This document shows, piece after piece, positions 9,225-19,097 of a stretch of 64,000 bases of DNA (position 1 is its first letter; every line of letters starts with the position of its first letter). The DNA lies in IMG/VR virus record IMGVR_UViG_3300035698_013060, positions 1 through 64,000 of that record. One strand, 5' to 3'. The notes under the pieces were generated by a model. That model ran no database searches, was not told the DNA's origin, and saw only the letters and a list, made by a program, of their open reading frames with translations. The translations under genes and the position numbers were made by a program.

Positions 9225-9731
9225 TCAACTTCCTTTGATAGCAGGAATGTCGTGTCTACTATCATCCATTTTCTTGAGGGCCTTTTCTAACTCGGAAAAG
9301 CTGTCCAGCTTCGCCAGAAGGTTTGTATTTTTCTTCTTCTCAAGATCGAGTTCCTTCCGGAGCTGAGCGTTTTCTTCTTGGAGCTTTTTGACCGAATCTT
9401 CAAGGATGTCTACTCTCTCCCTGAGAGCCCCAATGAGGTTCCGATACTCTTCACAGATCTGGGTTACGTTAGGCTCCTCGGTCATTCCCTTGAGAAGCTT
9501 GGCTCTCTTGATCTTTTCGTTAACAATCTCTTCCTCAGCTACATCAGCTTCTGCGTTTTCCTTCCGCACCTGGCTTTTTCGTACATGAACGGCCCCTATA
9601 ACTCCTAGAGCGATAGTAGTTACCAGAGTTAGGATTTTATGTATGGTGTCTGCGCTGAGGTTGAACGTCATTTTGCTATACTCTACCCTTTGATAACTAT
9701 TTATGATTTCTTGGAGATGGCTTGTCCCCAT
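9225..9731 (-). CDS. Single-TM coiled-coil protein (holin/spanin-like architecture)
   Basis: One TM helix (ILTLVTTIALGVIGAV) followed by a long heptad region; start may be 9671. Confidence 0.6.
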   Translation of the reverse strand: MGTSHLQEIINSYQRVEYSKMTFNLSADTIHKILTLVTTIALGVIGAVHVRKSQVRKENAEADVAEEEIVNEKIKRAKLLKGMTEEPNVTQICEEYRNLIGALRERVDILEDSVKKLQEENAQLRKELDLEKKKNTNLLAKLDSFSELEKALKKMDDSRHDIPAIKGS

Positions 9732-9804
9732 AACTAATTACTTAGTTACAGGGAACGAAGCCTGAATCGGCAGAGTTTCTTGGGTCTGGTTCAACCCGTG
9801 GGAC

Positions 9805-10200
9805 TTACGCTCTGTCGACGGGATCGGCCAGAATGAGCTTGGCTCTCTCAACTGACAACCTGCCTTCTTTCGACTTGTTGATGAGATTCACTGCGTATGA
9901 CAGGATGACCTTGATGACCATACCGTCAGCGATCTCCAAGTACCACGGCAGTTTCAGCATGTCATCGAGAAGATCGACGGCAGCATCGAGTTTGTCACCG
10001 CTCTGTACGTCCTCTATGACCTCGGAGGCCAATTCGGTAAGAGAGATGACATCGTTGACGATCCGTGAGAACGAATCGATGTTCTTCAGAATGTCTTCGA
10101 CTGAGCGAAACTTAATCCGCTGAAGAGGACCTTCGTCCGCTCTGTACTCGTCCCAGAGCTCTTTCACTTTTTCCACGAGTTGTTTCACGGTGTCTGCCAT
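9805..10200 (-). CDS. Hypothetical protein
   Basis: Start moved to MADTVK (GGAGG RBS); late promoter at 10257-10268. Confidence 0.75.
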   Translation of the reverse strand: MADTVKQLVEKVKELWDEYRADEGPLQRIKFRSVEDILKNIDSFSRIVNDVISLTELASEVIEDVQSGDKLDAAVDLLDDMLKLPWYLEIADGMVIKVILSYAVNLINKSKEGRLSVERAKLILADPVDRA

Positions 10201-10388
10201 TTTTCGTTCCTCCGTTTTTCCATTGAGGTTTGGTTTCCCGCGATTGGGCATTAAGACAATTTGTTGTTCTCACACGGCCAAAGCGAATGGTTCCAACTTC
10301 TAGCTGATACTTCTCTATATATAAACCTCACGATAGCAACTATAGAGGGCCTCTTCAGCGAATTCCCTTTTCGGGAGCTGGGTGACTC

Positions 10389-10400
10389 AACAACAGATTG
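10389..10400 (+). promoter_or_regulatory. Late-class promoter (prohead protease), inside a 10-bp inverted repeat
   Basis: AACAACAGATTG flanked by CTGGGTGACT/AGTCACCCAG. Confidence 0.65.
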
Positions 10401-10454
10401 ACAGTCACCCAGTCGTCTGGGATCTAGCAGAGAACATTACGGAGATCCGTTACT

Positions 10455-11279
10455 ATGAGTGAAAGAACAGTTGCTTATCTGATCACAGAGGGTAGGGGTC
10501 CTGAGACTCAGCCGAAAATCCTCCGTTCTGGAAACCCGAATGTCTGCCGGTTTAAGGTGGACACGCTCCAAGAGGGTGGTATCATCAATAGGAATAAACG
10601 GCGTTACCGCTGGGATCTCCTGGTTGATGCATGTAATCATCCTTACGTTCAGGAACGCTTGAGCACGGGAACCTTTTACTGCGAGTCCGGGCACCCGCGC
10701 GAGAAGACCGTGGCGAGGCAACTCAGGATTGAACAGGATCGGGTTTCCTGCATCATTAAAGAAATCGCTCTGAACAAACCCAGGGTCGGAGGTCCGATTG
10801 TCGAGACTGCCTCCACCCGTCGTGGTAAGGACCTGATGGGTTTGATCAGAGACAACGGTTGTAAAGTGGCGTTCTCCATGAGAGGCCTTGGTAAGGTCCA
10901 AGAATCTTCAGGTATTATTGATGTCGTTCCACCTCTACGTATCGTGTGCTGGGATGAGGTTGTTCACCCATCCGTCCCGAACGCCTACATGGGTGAGATC
11001 CTCACCGACGACGTGTTTGAGCCTGGAAAGGTTGATGAAGAATCTCTGATCATCCTGGCCGAAGACGACTTCGCCAGATACGTTCTGGACGCTTCTCCTG
11101 ACGCTAAGAATGCTTTGGATGCTTTGGAAGTTGATCCTCATGCATCTGGTAACAAGATCATCGTCAACGAGGACGGTACGCTCTCGATACAGCAGGAAAG
11201 CGAAACAGTCATCTGTCTTACAGAGACATTCGTCCGTCGTGAGATCGCCAATTACTTCTCAAACAGAACCGACGCTTAA
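10455..11279 (+). CDS. Prohead core protease (T4 gp21-like)
   Basis: INRNKRRY, ESGHP (catalytic His), AFSMRGLG (catalytic Ser), WDEVVHPSVPNA. Confidence 0.92.
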   Translation: MSERTVAYLITEGRGPETQPKILRSGNPNVCRFKVDTLQEGGIINRNKRRYRWDLLVDACNHPYVQERLSTGTFYCESGHPREKTVARQLRIEQDRVSCIIKEIALNKPRVGGPIVETASTRRGKDLMGLIRDNGCKVAFSMRGLGKVQESSGIIDVVPPLRIVCWDEVVHPSVPNAYMGEILTDDVFEPGKVDEESLIILAEDDFARYVLDASPDAKNALDALEVDPHASGNKIIVNEDGTLSIQQESETVICLTETFVRREIANYFSNRTDA

Positions 11280-11311
11280 TGTCGTGAATAATTGAGTAGA
11301 GGGATAGAGAT

Positions 11312-12067
11312 ATGCCAGTAGACGAACCGCAAGTCGCCCTCTCCATGGACTACTTTATCGGCCGCATTCTGAGTCGATTTGGTGCATCCAATAGGAAGGT
11401 CGAGATCAAAGGCCTGGATATGGCAAAGGTGATTGCTGAAGACACCTTGCCCCTCTACTCGAAATTCTTTCCATGGGAATATCTCTTTGACATAACGACA
11501 GAAAGTGCTGTTCCAGGTAGACAAGGGTTCTACTTCATCACAGCACCGACTGCTATCATGAGCGTTGCCAGAATTGTTGGAGGATTGAGCAGTCAATCTG
11601 CCATCGGTAACATTGGTGGAGTGACTACTTCAACGTATCAGGCTGACGTTCATATCGGAAGTAGAGGCATAGCCTTTAGTCTAATGGACGCCATGAACCA
11701 GAATACGCTCAACGCAGCTACATCCTTACCAGTGACAACTAGGTTTTGGCCTCCGCAGACATTGGAGATCACTCCTAAAGGACCGTATAACGGAAACGTA
11801 GCGATCATTAACTGCATTCATCCAGTCACTCTCCATACAATTCCATGGAACATGGCTGATGAGTTCTTTCAACGAGCTCTCACTGATGTGTGTCTATCTC
11901 TCAGAGGTCTCCGTAGGAAGTTTGAGAGGATCAACACAATCTACGGTGAGATTAACTTGTCGATGGAAGATATCGACAAGGAGGCGGACAAGGACGCTGA
12001 AATCACCGAGAAATGGCGAGCTTGGGCTCCAAAGAGAGCTAATCGAAAGAGATGGTTCGTCGGATAA
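11312..12067 (+). CDS. Putative neck/head-completion protein
   Basis: Follows the protease; DTLPLYSKFFP and RRKFERINTIYGEINL resemble jumbo-phage neck proteins. Confidence 0.55.
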   Translation: MPVDEPQVALSMDYFIGRILSRFGASNRKVEIKGLDMAKVIAEDTLPLYSKFFPWEYLFDITTESAVPGRQGFYFITAPTAIMSVARIVGGLSSQSAIGNIGGVTTSTYQADVHIGSRGIAFSLMDAMNQNTLNAATSLPVTTRFWPPQTLEITPKGPYNGNVAIINCIHPVTLHTIPWNMADEFFQRALTDVCLSLRGLRRKFERINTIYGEINLSMEDIDKEADKDAEITEKWRAWAPKRANRKRWFVG

Positions 12068-12102
12068 CAAGAAAGATCTATAAGGGGCTAACGGTATTAC
12101 CG

Positions 12103-12264
12103 TTAGCCTCTTTTCTTTCGCATAGCACATACTCTACATCTAGTTATCTTTTTCCGTCTCCAGTCAGAAAGCCTCTTAAGAGGTATCTTCGGTTTCTTTT
12201 GGAGTTTCGATGAAGTCTTTTCAGTCTTCTTCCCTCTGAAAACGATTGTCTTTAGAGCTTTCAT
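12103..12264 (-). CDS. Small basic protein (53 aa; not in ORF track)
   Basis: MKALKTIVFRGKK...CRVCAMRKKRG; AGGA RBS. Confidence 0.45.
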   Translation of the reverse strand: MKALKTIVFRGKKTEKTSSKLQKKPKIPLKRLSDWRRKKITRCRVCAMRKKRG

Positions 12265-12327
12265 AAAAAAATCCTAAAAGATGCGGGGGAGGTTGTCCTC
12301 CCCCGCTAAATACGCTTTCCGCCCTAC

Positions 12328-12717
12328 CTAGAGGATCCCAAGCTTGATTTGAAGAAGGACCGTATCAGGGTCTTCTTTTTCATCAGACTCAGTGCTTTCC
12401 TCGGGGAACAGATCGACCACATAGTCCGGATCGATTCTATCCTCCTCGATGATGAAGTTATCCACTATGAAATCTGGAGTAAATTTCCCAACAAGAGCAG
12501 CGATCTTACAAGCATCACATGCCTCTACTCCAAACCTCTTGAGTTTCATTGCCACGGATGCCGCTTCTGCGACTAATCCGATTTCATTTAAGGCCTCAAG
12601 GATAAATCTCCTTCTACGTTCTTCCTGATCCTCCCAGTCTGACACCGCGTCGATTTCCGCCTCCCACCAATCTTGGCCAGAAGTGCGATCCTCGTTCTGC
12701 AGTGCCCGTGTCCTCAT
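12328..12717 (-). CDS. Hypothetical acidic protein (early-class promoter)
   Basis: GGAGG RBS; GATATTAC motif at 12800-12807; hairpin terminator near 12284-12306. Confidence 0.75.
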   Translation of the reverse strand: MRTRALQNEDRTSGQDWWEAEIDAVSDWEDQEERRRRFILEALNEIGLVAEAASVAMKLKRFGVEACDACKIAALVGKFTPDFIVDNFIIEEDRIDPDYVVDLFPEESTESDEKEDPDTVLLQIKLGIL

Positions 12718-12818
12718 AACATACCTCCTCTTTTTCCTCTTCGGTTACTGTCTCCTTCCTAGTAGAACACCGTCTATAGGCGTCCTCGATCTACATTGCG
12801 TAATATCTGTCTGTTAGG

Positions 12819-13448
12819 TTACTTCAGTTTGACAGGAGCCATCCTTTGCTCCATCATCTTTCGGTTCATATACTTCTCAGGCTCTTCTTCCTGAACCTGT
12901 GTCGCCTCATCAGCCATTCTTTGTAATTCTACAACTGGAACCTCCCTAATAGGTAGAGGTCTCGGCATCGGGTTCACTCTAGATACTAGATCCGGTTTAG
13001 GTTCCAAAGGCCTCAATTTGACCACTGGTTCATCTGGAATGTAAGGTAGCATCCTGTCTACCATTAGGTTCGTTATGGCCTTGTTGGTGCCGATCTGGAT
13101 CTCACCTTTAAGGAGCCTCCGATCGACACTCTGGACTACTCCCCATTGAACTAACAGACTTCTATTGAAGGTCATCATGTTTGATTGGAGCTCCATGAGG
13201 TTGGTCCCCATAGAGTCTATCTTGTCTTCTACGCGAGCAATACCCTCTTTACGGTTCTCAAGCTTTCCAATCCTATTATTAAACTGAATAGCTGTCCGAC
13301 AGAGCCATGACGCCGTGACGAGGATGCATGCAACAACAATCCTTTCCCATCCTCTTGTTGTGAGGAATAGAAACTTCTTAGGTCCAACGGCCTTTTTAGA
13401 GATCGAGTCTTCCAAGGCCTCTTCAGCGGCATCTATGATATCGCTCAT
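12819..13448 (-). CDS. Membrane-anchored coiled-coil protein
   Basis: One TM segment (IVVACILVTASWL), then a coiled coil and Pro-rich tail. Confidence 0.7.
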   Translation of the reverse strand: MSDIIDAAEEALEDSISKKAVGPKKFLFLTTRGWERIVVACILVTASWLCRTAIQFNNRIGKLENRKEGIARVEDKIDSMGTNLMELQSNMMTFNRSLLVQWGVVQSVDRRLLKGEIQIGTNKAITNLMVDRMLPYIPDEPVVKLRPLEPKPDLVSRVNPMPRPLPIREVPVVELQRMADEATQVQEEEPEKYMNRKMMEQRMAPVKLK

Positions 13449-14080
13449 ACGTCAATCTCCTGCCCACAGACGAACTGTGTGACTTTTGCCAAGATCACTG
13501 AGTTCCTGTATACTCTCATGAATACGTCATGGTTGACCCTGGCAAACTCATCTACTGCTTTGGCAACTCCGACGAATTTAGGATGAGGATAGTCATGAAC
13601 GAACAAAATTCCCCCTGGAGAAAGCCTGGGCCAGACATGTTCGAGAGATACCTTTATAGACGAATAGTAGTCTCCATCAAGAAATCCAAAACAAATTCTT
13701 TCAGGGAGACCAGTAGGAAGAGTATCTTCAAACCATCCCTTGTGGATTTTCGGCATCCTACATCCTTTAAGATTGTTCCTGAAAACATCTATACTTGAGA
13801 TGAGTAGCCCTTTCTCATAGAGTGGAGTCCCATCTTCTTTAGTCTTCTCAGGTAAACCTTCAAAGCTGTCGTACACATGTAGTTGCTTTTCCGACCCGAA
13901 TCTTTCCAAAGCCATCTGAAGCAACCTGGAGGTACATCCTTTGAAGCACCCTACTTCCACAACGTCTCCTTCCAAGTGAAGACATGACCGCATGGAAAGC
14001 AACATCGGTAATCCGTTGGATCTGGAAACATATCCTGTTTTATCGGCTGTCAGAATGAATTCTTGGAGAGAATTTTTCAT
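13445..14080 (-). CDS. TylF/MycF-family O-methyltransferase
   Basis: EGDVVEVGCFKG, YDSFEGLP, KGWFEDTLP, LDGDYYSS, PGGILFVHDY. Confidence 0.92.
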   Translation of the reverse strand: MKNSLQEFILTADKTGYVSRSNGLPMLLSMRSCLHLEGDVVEVGCFKGCTSRLLQMALERFGSEKQLHVYDSFEGLPEKTKEDGTPLYEKGLLISSIDVFRNNLKGCRMPKIHKGWFEDTLPTGLPERICFGFLDGDYYSSIKVSLEHVWPRLSPGGILFVHDYPHPKFVGVAKAVDEFARVNHDVFMRVYRNSVILAKVTQFVCGQEIDV

Positions 14081-14127
14081 TTGGATTTTTCACTATCTAA
14101 AATTACACTTGAGATACTAGATTCTTG

Positions 14128-14694
14128 TCAGTACTCTTCAGCTAATCCTTCTCGGATTAACAGATTGTTGACGTTCGTTGATCCAATGAAGAGGGTTGCC
14201 AGGTACCGACCGTATTTCCCTGTTTTATCCTTGACAGTCTCAACGATGATTCTCTTTCCGAGAGTCAAGTCCATGAGTCTGTCCCTAGCTTCCAGGCCCT
14301 TCAGTTTGACAGCCTTAGATACACCTCTGAGCTCCGGAGTATTGATTCCAGCGAGTCTGAGTGTCGTAACGAAGTTGGCTCTCAATCCGAGGTCGATATC
14401 AGCAGCTGTCACAGTATCACCATCGTAGATCCTGATGATGTGGGTATGATACCAATATGTCTTACTCCAGTTTCCCTCAACCGGCACGGCAGACCATATT
14501 ACGTTGTTCCCTCTACCCCTCTTACCGATATCAAGAACGCAGTCGCCAGGACCTTTATCCTTTTTCAAACGAGCGTATATGATTTGACCTCTTTTGAAAC
14601 CGAGATCCACCCAAATGGGAACCAGACCACGGGAGCGACGAGCATCCAGTCTCTTACAAAAATACCTGTGTAGTTTAGGTCTTATAGATCTCAT
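14128..14694 (-). CDS. Thermonuclease (SNase-family) with N-terminal extension
   Basis: RIYDGDTV, LRLAGINTPE, DKTGKYGRYLA, NNLLIREGLA. Confidence 0.9.
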   Translation of the reverse strand: MRSIRPKLHRYFCKRLDARRSRGLVPIWVDLGFKRGQIIYARLKKDKGPGDCVLDIGKRGRGNNVIWSAVPVEGNWSKTYWYHTHIIRIYDGDTVTAADIDLGLRANFVTTLRLAGINTPELRGVSKAVKLKGLEARDRLMDLTLGKRIIVETVKDKTGKYGRYLATLFIGSTNVNNLLIREGLAEEY

Positions 14695-14695
14695 A

Positions 14696-15016
14696 TCACG
14701 TTCTCCCTTCGGTGAACACTTCTCTGGCTCGGAGCGCATCCGGTGCTGACAAGTTGCTCGGTCGGTTTTTCTGTTCTTCTGTATCAGACATCATCTTTTC
14801 GTAAATCTCATCAAGGGTCTTGTGTTTAGAGTAACTTCTGAAGAAAGCTTTTACAGTCTTATCAGAGATCCCATGGATTCTTGATAAGGACTTAACTTTG
14901 TCTTTGAAGCTTTGGCCTGGTCCAATCTTTATCCCGAATACATTCCTTATGAACGCCACTACGCTTATGTCTCTGCGGAGTGAGTTAATCGGGCTTTTGA
15001 CCCTTATATCAGTCAT
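14696..15016 (-). CDS. Hypothetical basic protein
   Basis: ORF translationally coupled within the minus-strand operon. Confidence 0.7.
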   Translation of the reverse strand: MTDIRVKSPINSLRRDISVVAFIRNVFGIKIGPGQSFKDKVKSLSRIHGISDKTVKAFFRSYSKHKTLDEIYEKMMSDTEEQKNRPSNLSAPDALRAREVFTEGRT

Positions 15017-15801
15017 CTTACATTTCCAAATTTCCCAGTCCTAAGAAATCTGTCGACCACTGTCCTGGATCTAGGATGACTGATGAGTTGATTATGAGTC
15101 ATTTCCAAAGTAGCTGTGTCTACTACCCCATGTGCAGTAGGAAGGCCATGAGCCGACCTAACTGTAACTGATCCATCGTTCGGACCCTTAAGGCCTTTGA
15201 TTCTGAAATCAAGTTCTTTCTGAGATCTTGTCAACAACTCACTTACATTCGAGTAAGGTTGACTTCCAGCCACAAGACCGATCTTGAACTTACTTTTAGG
15301 TTTATCACTCATCACAGCTTTGAGGATTTCGTCCATATACTTGATGATGAAAGTTTTACTCAATGTCGGACGGATGTCTTCTATTCTTTGGAACAACGGA
15401 CTCCCCTTGAATGGAGTACCAAGAGAGACAACCTTTCCAGGATTCTTAAACCTCCACCTAGAAAGAATATCAAAGACAATGAGTCCACCGAGAGAATGTC
15501 CGATGAAATGGACCTTTTTGTAATCTCTACCGAAGTTTACTTTCTCCAACTGTTCACCGGCTTCACCCATAAGTCCTTCCCAGGAGGTAAATACCGTTGA
15601 GAGATCCATTCTGAAAACTGACCAACCGAAATCTTGTTGGAGACCAACACCCATAACCTTAGTGACATTAGCACTCCCAATCCAACCGTGGACGACGAAG
15701 ACGATTTCATCTTTATGCTCTTTACCCCCTACAACCTTAGGGGTGTAAAAAAGCATTGTCATTGGATCCCTCTCATTGAGGAATAATTTCTTGTCACTCA
15801 T
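15013..15801 (-). CDS. Alpha/beta hydrolase (lipase/esterase)
   Basis: VVHGW oxyanion, GHSLGG nucleophile elbow, LGTPFKGS, NDGSV, catalytic His (THNQL); start moved to MSDKKLFLNE. Confidence 0.9.
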   Translation of the reverse strand: MSDKKLFLNERDPMTMLFYTPKVVGGKEHKDEIVFVVHGWIGSANVTKVMGVGLQQDFGWSVFRMDLSTVFTSWEGLMGEAGEQLEKVNFGRDYKKVHFIGHSLGGLIVFDILSRWRFKNPGKVVSLGTPFKGSPLFQRIEDIRPTLSKTFIIKYMDEILKAVMSDKPKSKFKIGLVAGSQPYSNVSELLTRSQKELDFRIKGLKGPNDGSVTVRSAHGLPTAHGVVDTATLEMTHNQLISHPRSRTVVDRFLRTGKFGNVR

Positions 15802-16015
15802 CGTCCTTTTTTCCTTTGCCTGTCGGCCCGGACTTCTTCCCGGACTTCTTAGCTTCTTCCTTAGAACGCCAGGAGTCGTCAACTCGCCCGAAGAATTCCT
15901 TCTTGTCGGCTTCGCTCATGCCAGCCACCGGATCTCCTTCAAGATTGCCCGCCTTGTCCTTGAGCATCGACTTGAAGTGCTTTTGGTATTTGGTTTCCTC
16001 AGTGAATATCGACAT
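15794..16015 (-). CDS. Small charged protein, putative internal head protein
   Basis: MSIFTEE start with AGGAG RBS; late promoter at 16061-16072. Confidence 0.7.
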   Translation of the reverse strand: MSIFTEETKYQKHFKSMLKDKAGNLEGDPVAGMSEADKKEFFGRVDDSWRSKEEAKKSGKKSGPTGKGKKDDE

Positions 16016-16198
16016 TTCGAGGACTCCTGTTGTGTTCTGTGAAAAAAAGAGAGAACTACTCAATTCACTGTTCAAGGTGGTGTAGAAATGAAGTCAAGAG
16101 AAATGGGCCCGGGCGACTCTCATGAGCCACCCAGACCCGGGCGGAATATGTTTTTTATATAAGGTATTAATATCAGTTTTTCAGGTGCTGTAGATTCG

Positions 16199-16855
16199 TT
16201 AGAAGTTTATTGTCAGCACCAACTTGGCAGCTTCCTTCCCCTTCCGGTTGATATTGAGGACGATCTCGATGGGACCTTCGTCTTCAGTCATCGTCACTAC
16301 TTTCTTCTTAGGTCTTTTCCTCGCATCTACTTTCTTCAGAGGTTTGGTTCGAGCTCTGAATTGAATCAACTTCTCGAGAAGGTCAGGTCTTCTGTTCTTG
16401 AGCCTGCTTATGAAAAGAGCATCTTTCACGGCGATGTGAGCCTGTTTTGTAGAACCACACCGATGACAATTCCGTATGATTCCATGAACCCGTACGGATA
16501 ACCGGTTCCTCTCCTCAGAGCACCCAGCGCAGAACTTTTTTCGAAGACTGATCTTATTACTGCAATCGTTAGCCAAGCAAATTCTTGTCTTCGTCTTCAT
16601 CTTCTTGATCTCCCTAGGCTTTTGTATTTCTTTTCCCCATTCGGAGGCGATCCCCTCGCCTCTCTCCCTTAAACTCTTTTTAAGGATGCACAACCCAATG
16701 CGCATTTCGTAAGAGTTCCTCGGGTACTCGAATGTTCGTGGCTCTCTGCCATTGAGTCTGAAGAACACCCTCTCGAAGTGGGTGTAACTCCGTTTCGATA
16801 TCCCTGTCTTTTTTGGATCTGGTCTGTTGATCTCTAGTCTGACTTCCCTACTCAA
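16199..16855 (-). CDS. Basic Cys-rich (Zn-finger) protein
   Basis: CLANDC...CAGC and CHRC...H motifs; very K/R-rich. Confidence 0.65.
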   Translation of the reverse strand: MSREVRLEINRPDPKKTGISKRSYTHFERVFFRLNGREPRTFEYPRNSYEMRIGLCILKKSLRERGEGIASEWGKEIQKPREIKKMKTKTRICLANDCSNKISLRKKFCAGCSEERNRLSVRVHGIIRNCHRCGSTKQAHIAVKDALFISRLKNRRPDLLEKLIQFRARTKPLKKVDARKRPKKKVVTMTEDEGPIEIVLNINRKGKEAAKLVLTINF

Positions 16856-16966
16856 CTCAATCCCCCTATCTGGTGTAGTTTACGACTATACGGCTTCGAT
16901 ACTCTTTCATTATATGAGTTCGAAGGAACTAACCATTGGAAGATGAGCTTAATATAGGATGACGAC

Positions 16967-19003
16967 ATGTCTAAAACTAACACCCAGTCCGGTCCTATTC
17001 TGGACATACGCACCAAGAACTTGAGCTTTCTAGCTACAGTCCATGAGCTCAAAACTTTCGGAGTAAAGAACTATGCGTTCTTTCTCAGGCTTAACGATCC
17101 GAGCCTGGTGGGAGTAGACCCGTTTGACGAGAATTTATCCAACGATATGAAGGGTAGGATCCTTAAAGAAGTCATGACCAATCCGTGGTACTACTTCAGA
17201 GAGGTTACCCGAATCCCAGTCCCTGGTAGAAAGAGTGGTATACGATTCAAGCTTCATAGAGGGAATTTGGCTCTCCTATGGTGTCTACTCAATAACTTAA
17301 ATACAATCATAGTTCTACCCCGTCAGAATTACAAGACAGTATCAGCTTGTTGCTACTACGGCTATCAATTTGAGTTTGGAACAGAGTCGTCAGTCTTCAC
17401 GTTCGGAAACAAGGAGTACGGAGACGCTAAGAAGAATTTGCGGATCATGAAGGATATTCTCCTTCTAAATCCAGAATGGTTAACTTTTCGACAGGGTTCT
17501 CAAGACCAAAATAACATAGAGTTCTATATTCTCAAACATACCAAGAATGAAGTCAAAACGATTTCATGTGGTAAAGATCCCGAACACGCTGATACTATTG
17601 GTCGCGGTCTGACCGCTCCTAATGAATGGTGGGATGAGTTCTCATTCTTACGTTACAACCAGATCACATATAATGCCGCCGCTCCAGCCTTTTCAGAAGC
17701 TGCTGATATGGCGAAATCGAATGGTAGATGTTACGGCAAACTCATCTCGACCACGCCTAACAACACTGACCTAGCTTCTGGTAGATATTGTAAAGACCTC
17801 ATCAACATGGCGGCTGACTTTACTGAGAAGATGTACGACATGGATCGGACGGAGATCGACGAGTTCGTCGATAGAAACTCGTCCAATGACTTTGTATATA
17901 TCTTCTTTGACTACAAACAACTTAGGCGTGGTCCTCAATGGTTCCGATCGCAGTGCAGGAATCTTAACAACGAACTGGATGTCATCCGCCGAGAGATATT
18001 GTGCGCATGGTCTCCATCATCAGACGTTAATCCATTCTCAGATGAGGAAATCCTGGAGATAGAAAACTTCCAAAGGGATCCCATCAGTACAGTGATGCTT
18101 CAAGGGTTTTACGAACTCCAGTATTTCGCAGAGCTCCAGAGAGGGATAAATTACTTAACTACAGTAGACGTTGCTGGTGGACTAGACCGAGACAGCTCTG
18201 CTATTGTACTTTCAGATCCTGATTCACTAGAAACAGTAGCTTGTCTAAAGAACAACAAGATCAGTACTGCTGAACTTGAGGATGCTCTTAGAGAACTTCA
18301 TCGGATGTACCCTGACGTTATTTTCATAATAGAAAGGAATAGTTACGGGTTAAACATCATCCAGAGGTTTGAAAAAGAACCAGACTTGAAGAAGTCTCTC
18401 TTCTATACAGAGACAAAGACTAAGGCGGAAAAACTTTCTAAATCCAAGAAAGGCAAAAGAGTATACGGGATTAATACGACTTCTACGACTAGACCTCTCA
18501 TCATCGAGTGCATCAAGACCATGGTTTCCGATATGCCAGAAGTCTTAGTGGCAAAAGCTATCATAGACGACGTTAAAACCTTGGAAATGAAGAAGAGCAA
18601 TAAAATCGAACATGCTAACGGCGAGCACGACGATGCTATCTTCTCCAAGGCGTTCGCCCTGTATGTGAAGGATTACCATTGGGAAACTCTCAAAAGGTTC
18701 TTGAAGGGCGGAAGGTCAGCTATGTTCAAAGCAGTCCGCCGAATCTCTGTAAACAATAGACGTAACGATGGTAGGAAGGACTCTAGTAGGTTTATCACAG
18801 AGTCTGAGGTACAGCTCGAAAAGCGAAAACCTAAGAAGGAGGAGACCTTCCTAGCTCAAGTCATTGCTCTAAATAAAGGGGATTCAAAAAAAGGACCGAG
18901 CCCTCTCGGAGCCGTTCGAACCAAACCCGTGAGCGGGCTTGGGGACTACCTCGAACCGCAACCTGAAGAAGAGAATAATACCGCCCTGATAAAACACCGG
19001 TAA
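16967..19003 (+). CDS. Terminase large subunit
   Basis: Walker A LPRQNYKT, GRGLT, Walker B WWDEF, STTPN, RNase H-like VDVAGG...DSS, IIERNSYG, HDDAIF; promoter AACTAACCATTG at 16927-16938. Confidence 0.93.
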   Translation: MSKTNTQSGPILDIRTKNLSFLATVHELKTFGVKNYAFFLRLNDPSLVGVDPFDENLSNDMKGRILKEVMTNPWYYFREVTRIPVPGRKSGIRFKLHRGNLALLWCLLNNLNTIIVLPRQNYKTVSACCYYGYQFEFGTESSVFTFGNKEYGDAKKNLRIMKDILLLNPEWLTFRQGSQDQNNIEFYILKHTKNEVKTISCGKDPEHADTIGRGLTAPNEWWDEFSFLRYNQITYNAAAPAFSEAADMAKSNGRCYGKLISTTPNNTDLASGRYCKDLINMAADFTEKMYDMDRTEIDEFVDRNSSNDFVYIFFDYKQLRRGPQWFRSQCRNLNNELDVIRREILCAWSPSSDVNPFSDEEILEIENFQRDPISTVMLQGFYELQYFAELQRGINYLTTVDVAGGLDRDSSAIVLSDPDSLETVACLKNNKISTAELEDALRELHRMYPDVIFIIERNSYGLNIIQRFEKEPDLKKSLFYTETKTKAEKLSKSKKGKRVYGINTTSTTRPLIIECIKTMVSDMPEVLVAKAIIDDVKTLEMKKSNKIEHANGEHDDAIFSKAFALYVKDYHWETLKRFLKGGRSAMFKAVRRISVNNRRNDGRKDSSRFITESEVQLEKRKPKKEETFLAQVIALNKGDSKKGPSPLGAVRTKPVSGLGDYLEPQPEEENNTALIKHR

Positions 19004-19097
19004 AGTAGGAGGGGCTAGGATAGCACCTTAAAAGAGTGAGATCCCATCGAACAGGTAATGGAATCACATCAGCGAAAAAACCAGGAGGTTAACTAAG

